A stretch of 39,223 bases of DNA, from NCBI GenBank assembly GCA_044352465.1, contig JBILDU010000014.1:1-39223 (forward strand). The letters run 5' to 3'. Each line of letters opens with the position of its first letter. Position 1 is the first letter of the stretch. This document shows positions 26,740-35,753 of this stretch, piece after piece. Under the pieces are notes generated by a model. That model searched no databases. It was not told the origin of the DNA and saw only the letters and a program-made list of their open reading frames with translations. The position numbers were made by a program, and so were the translations under genes. The stretch comes from Bdellovibrionota bacterium (GTDB lineage Bacteria > Bdellovibrionota_C > UBA2361).

Positions 26740-28638
26740 TCATCCCATCCGACGCAGCGCAGCTAAGAGATCATAGCGGCCGGTCCGTCCAAACTGGTCC
26801 AAAGATTCACGCAGCGCTCTCAAGCGATCGCTCTCCGCCACCGGCGAGAGGTTCCCTCCGAACTTGAGCCGACCCGCCACATCGACCTCGTTTCGTAGGG
26901 CAACCAGACCATCGCGAACGAGCTGGAACGGCTCGTCGAGCGTCCCAACATACCGCTCGGGAAAAATCCGAGTCGTCGCCCTACCGGCATCGGCATCCCA
27001 CTCATCGAAGACCCGCAACGCTCCCGCCACCCCGTTTCGGATCCCCTCAAGGGTTGTCTCCGGCTCACGGGCGATGCGGATCTTCATCCGCTCGATCTCG
27101 CGGGCGACGAAGTAAAGCTTGGCGACAAGATGCATCTTAATCAGGGCATCTTTCGCCGCATCGCGGTCTCGCCCTGCTAAAGCCGCCGACAATTCGCCGT
27201 AGCGTGTGGCGAGAGCTCCCCCGAACTCCCGATAAGGCAACACATCGAGCCGCCGAATGTCGTGCGGTTCAAGACCAAGCGAGCGGGAGAAACCGCGCAC
27301 CTGCCCCGGTATCTCAACGGGGCGGATTCGCGGGCTAAACAACAGGTAGCGTTGCTCCAGCTTCGGCGCTGCCGCAACGATGATCCGCTGATAATCCCTC
27401 AGCACATAGTCCGACTCGATCATGAGCGCCTCGATCGCGCGTTCATCGATCTTAATGAAACTCTCCTTCGAGCGGGCCCGCTCAAGTCGGCTTATGATCT
27501 TCTCGACCGAGCGCATGAGAAGGAGCTGGGCGCGTGGAGGATTTACTCGGCTACGACTGTCCTCGAGGGTCGCTTTCAGAAGGATCTCGTGGGCCCTCTG
27601 TTTACTAAAATCAACCGAATCCTCTAACTGCTGCAACGCCGCGCGCACGGTCTCCGTGAGTCTCCGCCGCAGTTGTCGTCGTCCACTCTCATCGAGCTCG
27701 GACCAACGACTCAGCGCCCCGTGGACCTGACCAAGCGCGCCGTGAATCTCCTTCAAAATCTCCAGTTCCCTCCCATAGCCCGCGCTCAGGTGATGGATGC
27801 GGCGCAGCACCGCACCGGGAGAATCATAGACCTGGACCTGGAGATCGCGCCCCCCGAGGCCGTGATCGCCCCGGAGATTTCCACGGGGCTCTTCCTCGAC
27901 CGTCCGCCGCACCACGAGAAGTTTCCCCCGGGCTGGCTCGGGAAGCGGGAAAGAGTCGTACCGCGCATCCACGCCAGGGTCATTTCGTCCAACGACGAAT
28001 ACCCGAAAATGCCTTTCGACCAAGGGTTTGGCACCATCCCAGGCACGTTTCAAGGTATTGATCACCTCAAGCGAAGCTTTCCGCGCTAACCGCTCGGTGG
28101 GACGTCGCTCCAGATCGGTGAAATCAGCGAGTCCGAGCGATTCGAGCAAGCCCTCGGAAAGGCGGTCAGGGCTCACGAGACACGGGAGCACCGAGGCTTT
28201 TTTAGGGTCGAAATCAGGCGCAAACGAAATCTGTCGTCCGCCGATCCACTGAATCGATACCAGTGGCACGATACGGTCGGCAGGCTCAACAAAAAGCTCT
28301 TGAAAGCGCTTAAACGGACCATCAGGCAACGCATTCCACACCACGCGCCGCAAGCTATCCTCTCGAAGTCGACTCCCCGGTGCCACCTCGAGCTGGGCGA
28401 GCGGAGTAAAGTTCCCTTGCCACGCCCGCTCGCCGTAAAAGTCGATCTGCCGCTGACGAACGGTGTGTTCAATCTCCTCCAGCGTTCGAAGTTCACCCAA
28501 CAATTTCTCGATCTTTTTCTGCTGCCCCGCGGGAAAACTTCCAAGATCAACGCCGACGCTATAGCCTACTCGGGCCAATCCCTCCTCGGCGTGATGACGG
28601 CGCTCGGAAATCGTTGAATGAACAGTCATAGACACCAT
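26740..28638 (-). CDS. Hypothetical protein (632 aa, helical C-terminal half)
   Basis: Long uninterrupted ORF; no motif I recognise. Confidence 0.85.
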   Translation of the reverse strand: MVSMTVHSTISERRHHAEEGLARVGYSVGVDLGSFPAGQQKKIEKLLGELRTLEEIEHTVRQRQIDFYGERAWQGNFTPLAQLEVAPGSRLREDSLRRVVWNALPDGPFKRFQELFVEPADRIVPLVSIQWIGGRQISFAPDFDPKKASVLPCLVSPDRLSEGLLESLGLADFTDLERRPTERLARKASLEVINTLKRAWDGAKPLVERHFRVFVVGRNDPGVDARYDSFPLPEPARGKLLVVRRTVEEEPRGNLRGDHGLGGRDLQVQVYDSPGAVLRRIHHLSAGYGRELEILKEIHGALGQVHGALSRWSELDESGRRQLRRRLTETVRAALQQLEDSVDFSKQRAHEILLKATLEDSRSRVNPPRAQLLLMRSVEKIISRLERARSKESFIKIDERAIEALMIESDYVLRDYQRIIVAAAPKLEQRYLLFSPRIRPVEIPGQVRGFSRSLGLEPHDIRRLDVLPYREFGGALATRYGELSAALAGRDRDAAKDALIKMHLVAKLYFVAREIERMKIRIAREPETTLEGIRNGVAGALRVFDEWDADAGRATTRIFPERYVGTLDEPFQLVRDGLVALRNEVDVAGRLKFGGNLSPVAESDRLRALRESLDQFGRTGRYDLLAALRRMG

Positions 28639-28921
28639 CGGTCAAATCGGGCACTGCGTTTCCCCTTCGGTGCGCTCCGAGAGCGCACCCGAACTCCACT
28701 GCGAGGGCCGGTTTTACGGTTTGCGATAAGGGGATAATATACCCTGATTCGCGCTCAAAAACACCTCTCCGCAAATAGGTGCACGTTGGCGACTCAAGTT
28801 GACTCCTCAGGCGTAAGGGGGCACATTTGTGAGGCAGCGCTGATGGCAAGGCCCCGACGATGGCCCCCTCAGGCGTTACTTCTTTTTTACGTCCGTACGG
28901 GTAGGTGTACGACTCGGTTTT

Positions 28922-28975
28922 TGCTGAGGAGTGTAGAGGTGTGCGAGCAGCCCGACACCTCTCTACTCCTTAGCA
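28922..28975 (+). other. 21-bp imperfect inverted repeat / RNA stem-loop
   Basis: Arms 28922-28942 and 28955-28975 pair at 20 of 21 positions, including two G-U pairs on the + strand; 12-nt loop. Confidence 0.7.
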
Positions 28976-29077
28976 TTGTGTGTAACGATCGGTTCCTTTG
29001 ACCTGACAAGGTGTCACGTTCAAAGGCGTACCGAACACGATGAGGTTCTTTGGGGTATCTCCAGAAAGGCGGCTCGG

Positions 29078-29887
29078 ATGTCACCCATGACACCGCAGAG
29101 CTTCGTGCGTTTGGTGGTGGAGGCTGTTGGCCGTGTGAGGGCGGACGCCTCGGTGAAAGCTGGTGAGGGTCTCAGTGTTCGTATCGATGGACACCCCTTC
29201 TACCTCGACAACTTGTGGCGGATGGTGTTGGCGGATACCGCCAGCGCAGAAACGATCATCGCTCGTTATTTCGAGCAGATCCTCTCTGAGGAGAACTCGG
29301 GGAACGGCTATCGACTCGGGTGGTATGAGCTGAAACCGCAGATCATGCCGCGAATCCAGTCGGACGAGGTCTTTCAGCGGATCGAGCCAGCCCGACTCCC
29401 GCATCGGCCGTGGATCAACGGTACCGTGATCACGTTCGTGCGGGATCATCGCGACTCGATGGTTTCCCTCCTCTACGAGGATATCGAAGGGTGGGGCGTC
29501 GGGCTGGAGGAGCTGGATTCAACCGCGACAGCGAATCTGATCCAGCGCTCAGCTCTTCCGAGGCTCAGGGTGAAGCGGCATGACAGCGGAGGCAAGCACC
29601 TCTTGGTGCGACAATGCGACGGGTACGACTCCGCTCGATTGCTCGACGAAGAGCTGCGCATGCGGATCGCCGCGGAGCTTGGTCCGACATACCTCGTCGG
29701 CATTCCCGCGCGCGATCTGCTGATCGCCTTCTCGACCGAACCTCATCAGTTCAGCGAGAACATGGCCACATGGATCGGCAACGCCTTCGAGCGCATGCCG
29801 TATCCGATCACTCCGCACCGGTTCCTTGTCACGCGGGATGGGATCGCCGGGACCCTCGACCACGAGGTGAACGACGAGCCGTGGTAA
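29078..29887 (+). CDS. DUF1444 (YtpQ)-like protein
   Basis: Start ATG 29078 or 29087; YLDNLW, IMPRI, WGV..EEL...A..NL, DGYDSARLL, VGIPARDLL, YPITP. Confidence 0.75.
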   Translation: MSPMTPQSFVRLVVEAVGRVRADASVKAGEGLSVRIDGHPFYLDNLWRMVLADTASAETIIARYFEQILSEENSGNGYRLGWYELKPQIMPRIQSDEVFQRIEPARLPHRPWINGTVITFVRDHRDSMVSLLYEDIEGWGVGLEELDSTATANLIQRSALPRLRVKRHDSGGKHLLVRQCDGYDSARLLDEELRMRIAAELGPTYLVGIPARDLLIAFSTEPHQFSENMATWIGNAFERMPYPITPHRFLVTRDGIAGTLDHEVNDEPW

Positions 29888-30026
29888 AGCGACTCAGGGG
29901 CTCCCGGGGATTTTTCTACCCTTAGGTTACTAAAACGTACACCTACCCCGGGCACCTTGCCGTGAAGCACTGTGCCGCCAACTACCGTGCCGATCCGCCC
30001 GGAGACGGACTCCACGAGTCCGCCTA

Positions 30027-30710
30027 TTATTTTGCCGGATCGCTCTCGCCCTCGGCTACCCACTGATACCCGATTCCGCGTACGGAACGAATCGAGTCCG
30101 CTCCCCCTTTCCGAAGGTGTTGGCGCAACCGCAAGATCGCGTTATCCACCGTGCGCTCGGTGGAAAGGTCGTCGTCTCGCCAGAGCTTCGCGAGGATATC
30201 CCGCCGGCTCACGACGCGGGGGGCAGCTTCGATAAGGAGGCGTAATACCTGAAAGTCGCGTGTCTGAGGATATTCGACCGTTCCATCGGAGAGGGTCAGC
30301 GACATACTTTCGAGATCGATCGTCACGCCTCCGACCGAGACCCGCCGCAAGCGACGCGGAGATTGCAGCGCCCGTTCAATCCGTAAAAGTATCTCTTTGA
30401 GATGGAAGGGCTTCGGAATGTAATCAACCGCTCCCAGTTCGAATCCGGCCAGGCGGTTCTCCGCTGAACTCATGGCGGTCAGAAATATCACCGCGGGCGC
30501 TGCCGGGCCGAGAGAGCGCACGAGCTCAAAACCATCCCCATCAGGCAGCCCCACATCGACGAGCATCAAGGCAAAAGCTTCCGTACGAAGCGCCGCCTGG
30601 GCAACCGCGCAAGAGTCAGCGAGGACAACCGTATACCCCTCCTTGATCAGTCGCTCCTTCAGCGTCGTTCCGAGGGAACGATCATCTTCAACGAGAAGTA
30701 TCGCGGTCAC
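30027..30710 (-). CDS. OmpR/PhoB-family response regulator
   Basis: LLVEDD, DVGLPDG, FLTA, KPF; winged-helix ERTVDNAILRLR and SVRGIGY. Confidence 0.95.
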   Translation of the reverse strand: MTAILLVEDDRSLGTTLKERLIKEGYTVVLADSCAVAQAALRTEAFALMLVDVGLPDGDGFELVRSLGPAAPAVIFLTAMSSAENRLAGFELGAVDYIPKPFHLKEILLRIERALQSPRRLRRVSVGGVTIDLESMSLTLSDGTVEYPQTRDFQVLRLLIEAAPRVVSRRDILAKLWRDDDLSTERTVDNAILRLRQHLRKGGADSIRSVRGIGYQWVAEGESDPAK

Positions 30711-31675
30711 GGGTTCTCCCGGTGCGGTAAAGACTCCCGAGTATCAAGCGAAGGAGGGACCTCCTGGATCTCGCCGGGGAGGGTGAGTTGAACGGCGAAG
30801 CCCTGCCCATGCTCCGGAAAAAGCGCTGCGCCCCCCATCTCCCGGGCGAGATGTTTCACCAGAAAGAGGCCGATACCGGTACCGCTCCCTCCATAGTGAC
30901 GGATAAAAGCGGCACCAAGCGTGCGCCTGTCTCCCGTGAACCCCCGGCCATCATCAACGCAGGTGAGCAGTAAACTGCCGAGCCGAGCCCGCTCGACCGT
31001 AACCGTTAAATTTTCCGCCCGACCGTGCACGATCGCGTTCTGACATATGTTTCCGAACATAGCGTGGAGCACCCGCTTATCAGCCCGGAGCACCGCGTCG
31101 CCCCGCAGTTCGAGCCTCAGATCAGGAAACTGGTGGCGGAGTTCAGCCACGAGGTCGGCAAGTCGAATGGGCTCGATAAACCACCGTCGGTCGCGCATAT
31201 TCGCCAGAAAAAGCGAATTGTCGAGTTGCAAGGTCAATCGACTCGTCTCTCCCAAGAAACGATCGATGAGCGCCGCATCGGCCGAGTCCCCCAGACGCTC
31301 CTTTAATATCTCTGCTTGAAGACGAACCGAACTCAGAGGAGTTTTCACCTCATGGGTAAAAGCCGCCAAGAACTCCTGGATACGCCGACTTTCCCGCATC
31401 TCCCGGAACATGTAATAGGTGAGTGCGATGCCCCCCGTTGCGATCACCACGAAAAGAGTGAGCCCCTCCCAGAACAGCATCTTCTGATACCGTACCAGGT
31501 CGCTCGCCACCCCCTCATCGAGCTCGATCAGTCGACTGACTTGCGCTTGCGCAAAATAGAACCACCATCCGGTGAGCGACAACGTGAAAGCGAGCCACAC
31601 CCCCGCCAGCACATATCGCACCATCCCCCGTCCGTTGGCACCAGGCCGCCTCTTTAAGTGCGGTGATTTCACCAT
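30707..31675 (-). CDS. Membrane sensor histidine kinase
   Basis: Two TMs; H-box FTHEVKTPL, N-box NAIVHG, DDGRG, GTGIGL; GTGA overlap with the regulator. Confidence 0.93.
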   Translation of the reverse strand: MVKSPHLKRRPGANGRGMVRYVLAGVWLAFTLSLTGWWFYFAQAQVSRLIELDEGVASDLVRYQKMLFWEGLTLFVVIATGGIALTYYMFREMRESRRIQEFLAAFTHEVKTPLSSVRLQAEILKERLGDSADAALIDRFLGETSRLTLQLDNSLFLANMRDRRWFIEPIRLADLVAELRHQFPDLRLELRGDAVLRADKRVLHAMFGNICQNAIVHGRAENLTVTVERARLGSLLLTCVDDGRGFTGDRRTLGAAFIRHYGGSGTGIGLFLVKHLAREMGGAALFPEHGQGFAVQLTLPGEIQEVPPSLDTRESLPHRENP

Positions 31676-31707
31676 CTCGTTAACTCCAGGAACGGACCGA
31701 CCGTACG

Positions 31708-32988
31708 TCAGCCGCGGGGCACGATAGTCTCCTGCCCCCCCATATACGGGCGCAGCGCCCGCGGAATCACCACCGAACCATCGCTCTGTTGGTTGTTCTC
31801 AAGAAGCGGACTGAGTGCCCGGGGTGAGGCGATGAGGGTATTGTTCAAGGTATGACAGAAGATATTCTTCCCCTCACCGTTACGATAACGGGTGTTGAGC
31901 CGTCGGGCCTGGAACTCGTGAAAAGTCGAGCAGCTGTGGGTCTCCCCATAACCGTTCCGCGACGGCATCCACGCCTCAATATCGTTCTTGAAGACCTGAC
32001 CCTGCCCCATATCTCCGGTGCATACATCGACGACCCGATACGGTAGCTCTAAGAGCTGCATCAACTCCTCGGCGTTCCCCAGGAGCTCCGCATGGAAACG
32101 GGCGCTCTCCGCAGGATCGTTCTTACAAAGGATAACCTGTTCGACTTTGTAGAACTGGTGCACCCGATACAAACCGTGGGTGTCTTTACCTGAAGCCCCC
32201 GCCTCCCGGCGATAGCACGGAGAGTAGCCGGCGTACCGTTTGGGAAGATCCTCAAGGTTCAAAATTTCATCGATGTGATAGCTCGCCACCGGCACCTCAG
32301 CGGTACCGATCAGGTGGAAGTCGCTATCGCGTTCATCGAGGTGATAGGCCGACTCCTCGCCGCCGGGAAAATACCCTGTCGCCGTCATCGCCCGGTTCGG
32401 CACGATGTGGGGCGGGTCCATCACGGTGTAGCCCTTTTTATGGAGCAGATCGAGCGCAAGACTCATCACGGCGTGATGCAGCCGCGCCCCATCACCCTTC
32501 AAAAAGTAGCTCCGCGTCCCGGCGACCTTCACCCCTCGCTCGATGTCGAGGATATCGAGCCGCTTACCGAGCTCCACATGATCGAGCGGCTTGAACGAGA
32601 ACTGGGGGGGAGTTCCCCACCGCTTCCGTTCGACGTTATCAGCATCGCTCGCCCCGTTTGGAACCTGCTCAAGCGGGATAGCCGGGAGGAACAATTGCTC
32701 CTTCGACCACCGCTCCTCCAGCACCCGCAGCGCCTCGGTAAGGTCCTTCATCCGCGCCGCCAGTTCGCGCATCTCCGCGAGCTTCGCCTCCTTCTCCGGG
32801 CCTTTAAGTTTCGGCAGATCCTTATTAAAAGCGTTCTGCTTCGCCCGCTCGGACTCGAACTCACTGCGGGCACGCCGGTAATCACCATCGAGGGCGAGGA
32901 ATGCCGCCACATCGAAGCGGATACGTTTCATCTCACAAGCGCGTTGATACGCTTCGGGACGGGCACGGAGGTCATTCAGATCGATCAT
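31708..32988 (-). CDS. serS: Serine--tRNA ligase
   Basis: Start MIDLNDLR at 32988; coiled-coil arm; GTAEVP, CYRREAG, RVHQFYKVEQ, EAWMP, FQARR, HTLNNT. Confidence 0.98.
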   Translation of the reverse strand: MIDLNDLRARPEAYQRACEMKRIRFDVAAFLALDGDYRRARSEFESERAKQNAFNKDLPKLKGPEKEAKLAEMRELAARMKDLTEALRVLEERWSKEQLFLPAIPLEQVPNGASDADNVERKRWGTPPQFSFKPLDHVELGKRLDILDIERGVKVAGTRSYFLKGDGARLHHAVMSLALDLLHKKGYTVMDPPHIVPNRAMTATGYFPGGEESAYHLDERDSDFHLIGTAEVPVASYHIDEILNLEDLPKRYAGYSPCYRREAGASGKDTHGLYRVHQFYKVEQVILCKNDPAESARFHAELLGNAEELMQLLELPYRVVDVCTGDMGQGQVFKNDIEAWMPSRNGYGETHSCSTFHEFQARRLNTRYRNGEGKNIFCHTLNNTLIASPRALSPLLENNQQSDGSVVIPRALRPYMGGQETIVPRG

Positions 32989-33144
32989 GTGAATTGGCTC
33001 GGCAAAAGACTGGCAAACTTCAGAAAATCTACCCTTGCAGCATAAAAAAAGCAATCTGATCAATCAATTCGGCCCCTTCGAGGGAAGCGGCGAGGGGTAG
33101 CAAAGGTGACTTAAACCGGCTACAAAATACGTAAAGTCGAAAGC

Positions 33145-35364
33145 ATGAAAGAACGGGAAGTAACACCAGCGGCGGTCGAGGAACAGGTGGTTCGGGGCAT
33201 CATCAAACGGGTGACCTATCGAAACGCCGAGAACGGCTACACCGTGCTGCAACTCAACGTGGCGGACGCACGCGAGCAACTGACCGTCGTGGGCAACCAC
33301 CTTGACCCGAAAGTGGGGGCTCACCTTGTCGTGCGGGGCCAGTACCGCGAGCATCCGAAGTTTGGCCGTCAGTTTCACGCGACGACGATTACGGACACAG
33401 CTCCGACATCCTCGTCGGGGCTTGAGACGTACCTCGGGTCCGGTCTCATCAAAGGGATCGGGCCAAAAACCGCGAAACGGATCATCGACGAGTTCGGTCC
33501 GGAGGCGCTTGAGGTCATTCACCGCGACCCCGAACGGCTCGCAAAGATACCGGGCATCGGGAAACATAAAGCGATTATGGTATCGCAAGCCTTTGCCGAG
33601 CAAAGCGACGTCCGAGAGGTAACCCGCTTCTTGGTGGAACACAACATCTCCTCCGGACTCGCAGCTCGAATCTACGAGAAATATAAAAATCGCGCCGTCG
33701 AGGTGCTCTCGCGTGACCCCTACATCTTAGCCCGTGATATGCGCGGCGTTGGTTTCTCAACGGCTGACGCTATCGCCATGAAACTAGGACTCGATCCGCA
33801 GTCACCCCAACGCCTCAAAGCGGGTCTCTACTACACCCTCGAGAAAGCGGCGGACGAGGGGCACTGCTACCTGCCCCTGCAGATGCTCACCGAGCGGGCG
33901 CATGTGCTGCTCGGATGCAGCGAACCCCTCGATCTCGAGCCGTCTCTCACCGCCCTACTGGAAGAGGACTACATCATCCAACTCGAGGAAAAGGTATTTC
34001 TGAAGCACCTGAATCGGGCCGAGGATTTTGTCGCCGAGTTTATCGCCGCGCGATGCGGCGAGACCGAGGCACCGGTTGTTGCAGCAACCGACACCCGACT
34101 TTTTCTCGAGAGCGCCCAGCGCGAGCTCGGCATCGAGTTCTCGGCCGAGCAGCTTCACGCAGTGGAGCTCGCCACCCGCCACAAGTTCATGATCATCACC
34201 GGCGGCCCCGGATGCGGCAAAACGACCGTGACTCGCGCGCTGGTCTCCGTCTTTAAACATGCGGGGAAGATTATCTCCCTCGCTGCGCCCACTGGCCGGG
34301 CGGCGCAACGCATGTCCCAGGTTTGCGGAATGCCTGCCAGCACTATTCACCGGCTCCTCCGGTACGACCCCTCGCGGGGCGGATTCTTGCATGGCATCAA
34401 CGATCCACTCATCGCCGATATCGTGATCGTCGACGAAGCTTCGATGATCGATATCGTGCTGGCGAAAGACCTCTTCTCGGCCATACCTCGCCACGCCACC
34501 GTGATCCTCGTCGGCGATAAAGACCAACTCCCTTCGGTCGGACCCGGCCGGGTCTTCGGAGATCTCGTTTCCCTTCGCGAGGTGAAAACGGTGGCGCTTT
34601 CAAAGCTCTTCCGTCGAGCTGAGGAGTCCACAATCAACACGATCGCCCTCATGATCAACTCAGGGGCGACCCCAGACATACCCGAACCGGACGGAGTCAC
34701 CAAAGCCGACGGATATTTCCTGCCCCGTAAGGACGCCACCGAAGCTGCCGCGATGATCGAAAAACTCGTCGCGGATCAGATTCCCCGAAAGTTCGGCATT
34801 CCACCCCATGAGATTACGGTGCTCACCCCTTCGAATCGAGGGCCACTCGGCACGATCGCTCTGAATCAATCCCTCCAACAACGGCTCAACCCATCCGGTA
34901 GCATCGACCTCGAGCAAGAGCTCCACCACAACGGCACCGACTTTCGTGTGGGCGATCGCGTCTGCCAACGGGTCAATAACTATCAGATCGATCCCTTCGG
35001 CGTCTTCAACGGCGACAGCGGAACGGTGCACTCCGTCAGTAAGAGCGAACGCGCGCTGGTGGTCGAGATGTGGGACGGTCGACTCGTGAAGTACGACACC
35101 CGTGACATCGGTCAACTTTCACACGCTTACGCGATCACGGTGCACCGTTCCCAAGGCTCTGAGATACCTTGCGTCGTTCTAGCGATCCATGAGTCCCACT
35201 TCACCCTACTCGAGCGTCAACTCATGTACACCGCTGTAACGCGCGCGAAGAAGCTCCTCATCGTGGTCGGCTCAAAGAAGGCGCTGATGTTGGCAACAAA
35301 ACGCACCAATTCACGGCGGCGACTCACCTTTCTCGCCGACCGAATCGCCCTGAGTGTGCGTTAA
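33145..35364 (+). CDS. recD2: ATP-dependent RecD2-like SF1B DNA helicase
   Basis: HPKFGRQF, HhH motifs (KGIGPKTA, PGIG), Walker A GGPGCGKTT, DEASM, GDKDQLPSVGPG, YAITVHRSQGSE, YTAVTRAK. Confidence 0.96.
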   Translation: MKEREVTPAAVEEQVVRGIIKRVTYRNAENGYTVLQLNVADAREQLTVVGNHLDPKVGAHLVVRGQYREHPKFGRQFHATTITDTAPTSSSGLETYLGSGLIKGIGPKTAKRIIDEFGPEALEVIHRDPERLAKIPGIGKHKAIMVSQAFAEQSDVREVTRFLVEHNISSGLAARIYEKYKNRAVEVLSRDPYILARDMRGVGFSTADAIAMKLGLDPQSPQRLKAGLYYTLEKAADEGHCYLPLQMLTERAHVLLGCSEPLDLEPSLTALLEEDYIIQLEEKVFLKHLNRAEDFVAEFIAARCGETEAPVVAATDTRLFLESAQRELGIEFSAEQLHAVELATRHKFMIITGGPGCGKTTVTRALVSVFKHAGKIISLAAPTGRAAQRMSQVCGMPASTIHRLLRYDPSRGGFLHGINDPLIADIVIVDEASMIDIVLAKDLFSAIPRHATVILVGDKDQLPSVGPGRVFGDLVSLREVKTVALSKLFRRAEESTINTIALMINSGATPDIPEPDGVTKADGYFLPRKDATEAAAMIEKLVADQIPRKFGIPPHEITVLTPSNRGPLGTIALNQSLQQRLNPSGSIDLEQELHHNGTDFRVGDRVCQRVNNYQIDPFGVFNGDSGTVHSVSKSERALVVEMWDGRLVKYDTRDIGQLSHAYAITVHRSQGSEIPCVVLAIHESHFTLLERQLMYTAVTRAKKLLIVVGSKKALMLATKRTNSRRRLTFLADRIALSVR

Positions 35365-35480
35365 ACTCCACATCGGCGAGCAAGACCGAACGACCATTCT
35401 AGTGCCGTCTTTGCGGCCTCAACGAGAAAACGGAGTCCCGACGGAACCTTATACATGGGCGCTGATGTATTCACCCCCGC

Positions 35481-35520
35481 TCTTCCACTCTTTTCCACAA
35501 TTCTTCACATTTAGCCCACC
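35481..35520. promoter_or_regulatory. Phased ~10-bp repeat array, putative protein-binding site
   Basis: TCTTCCACTC/TTTTCCACAA/TTCTTCACAT/TTAGCCCACC; includes one perfect TTWTNCACA at 35491-35499. Confidence 0.4.
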
Positions 35521-35753
35521 CCGACGTGATAGCGTCCCCTCGTTATCGCCACACCGCCGCACCGATAACGCCGCGCTCGGAAAACGGAACCGGCTCCGTG
35601 TTTACCGGACGCGCGCCAACTGAAGCGAATGCAGCAGGAGGCGCAGCGACGCGAGGATTCGCGTCGTCTGGCGTGAATCGCAGCTTGGAGCGTCTGAACA
35701 TCTCCTAAGAAAGGGAATCGTTCAGTAAATGCTAAGAGGCAGGCACGACGGAT

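Noticed and set aside
28922..28975. SRP RNA, intrinsic terminator or CRISPR repeat
   Set aside because: Lacks the SRP helix-8 pattern, has no U-tract on either strand, is single copy, and no cas genes are present.
32275..33642. 256-aa (+) and 192-aa (-) ORFs
   Set aside because: Antisense shadows of serS and recD2.
35365..35753. Replication origin (oriC)
   Set aside because: Only one perfect DnaA box, no AT-rich unwinding element, and no dnaA/dnaN/gidA neighbours.
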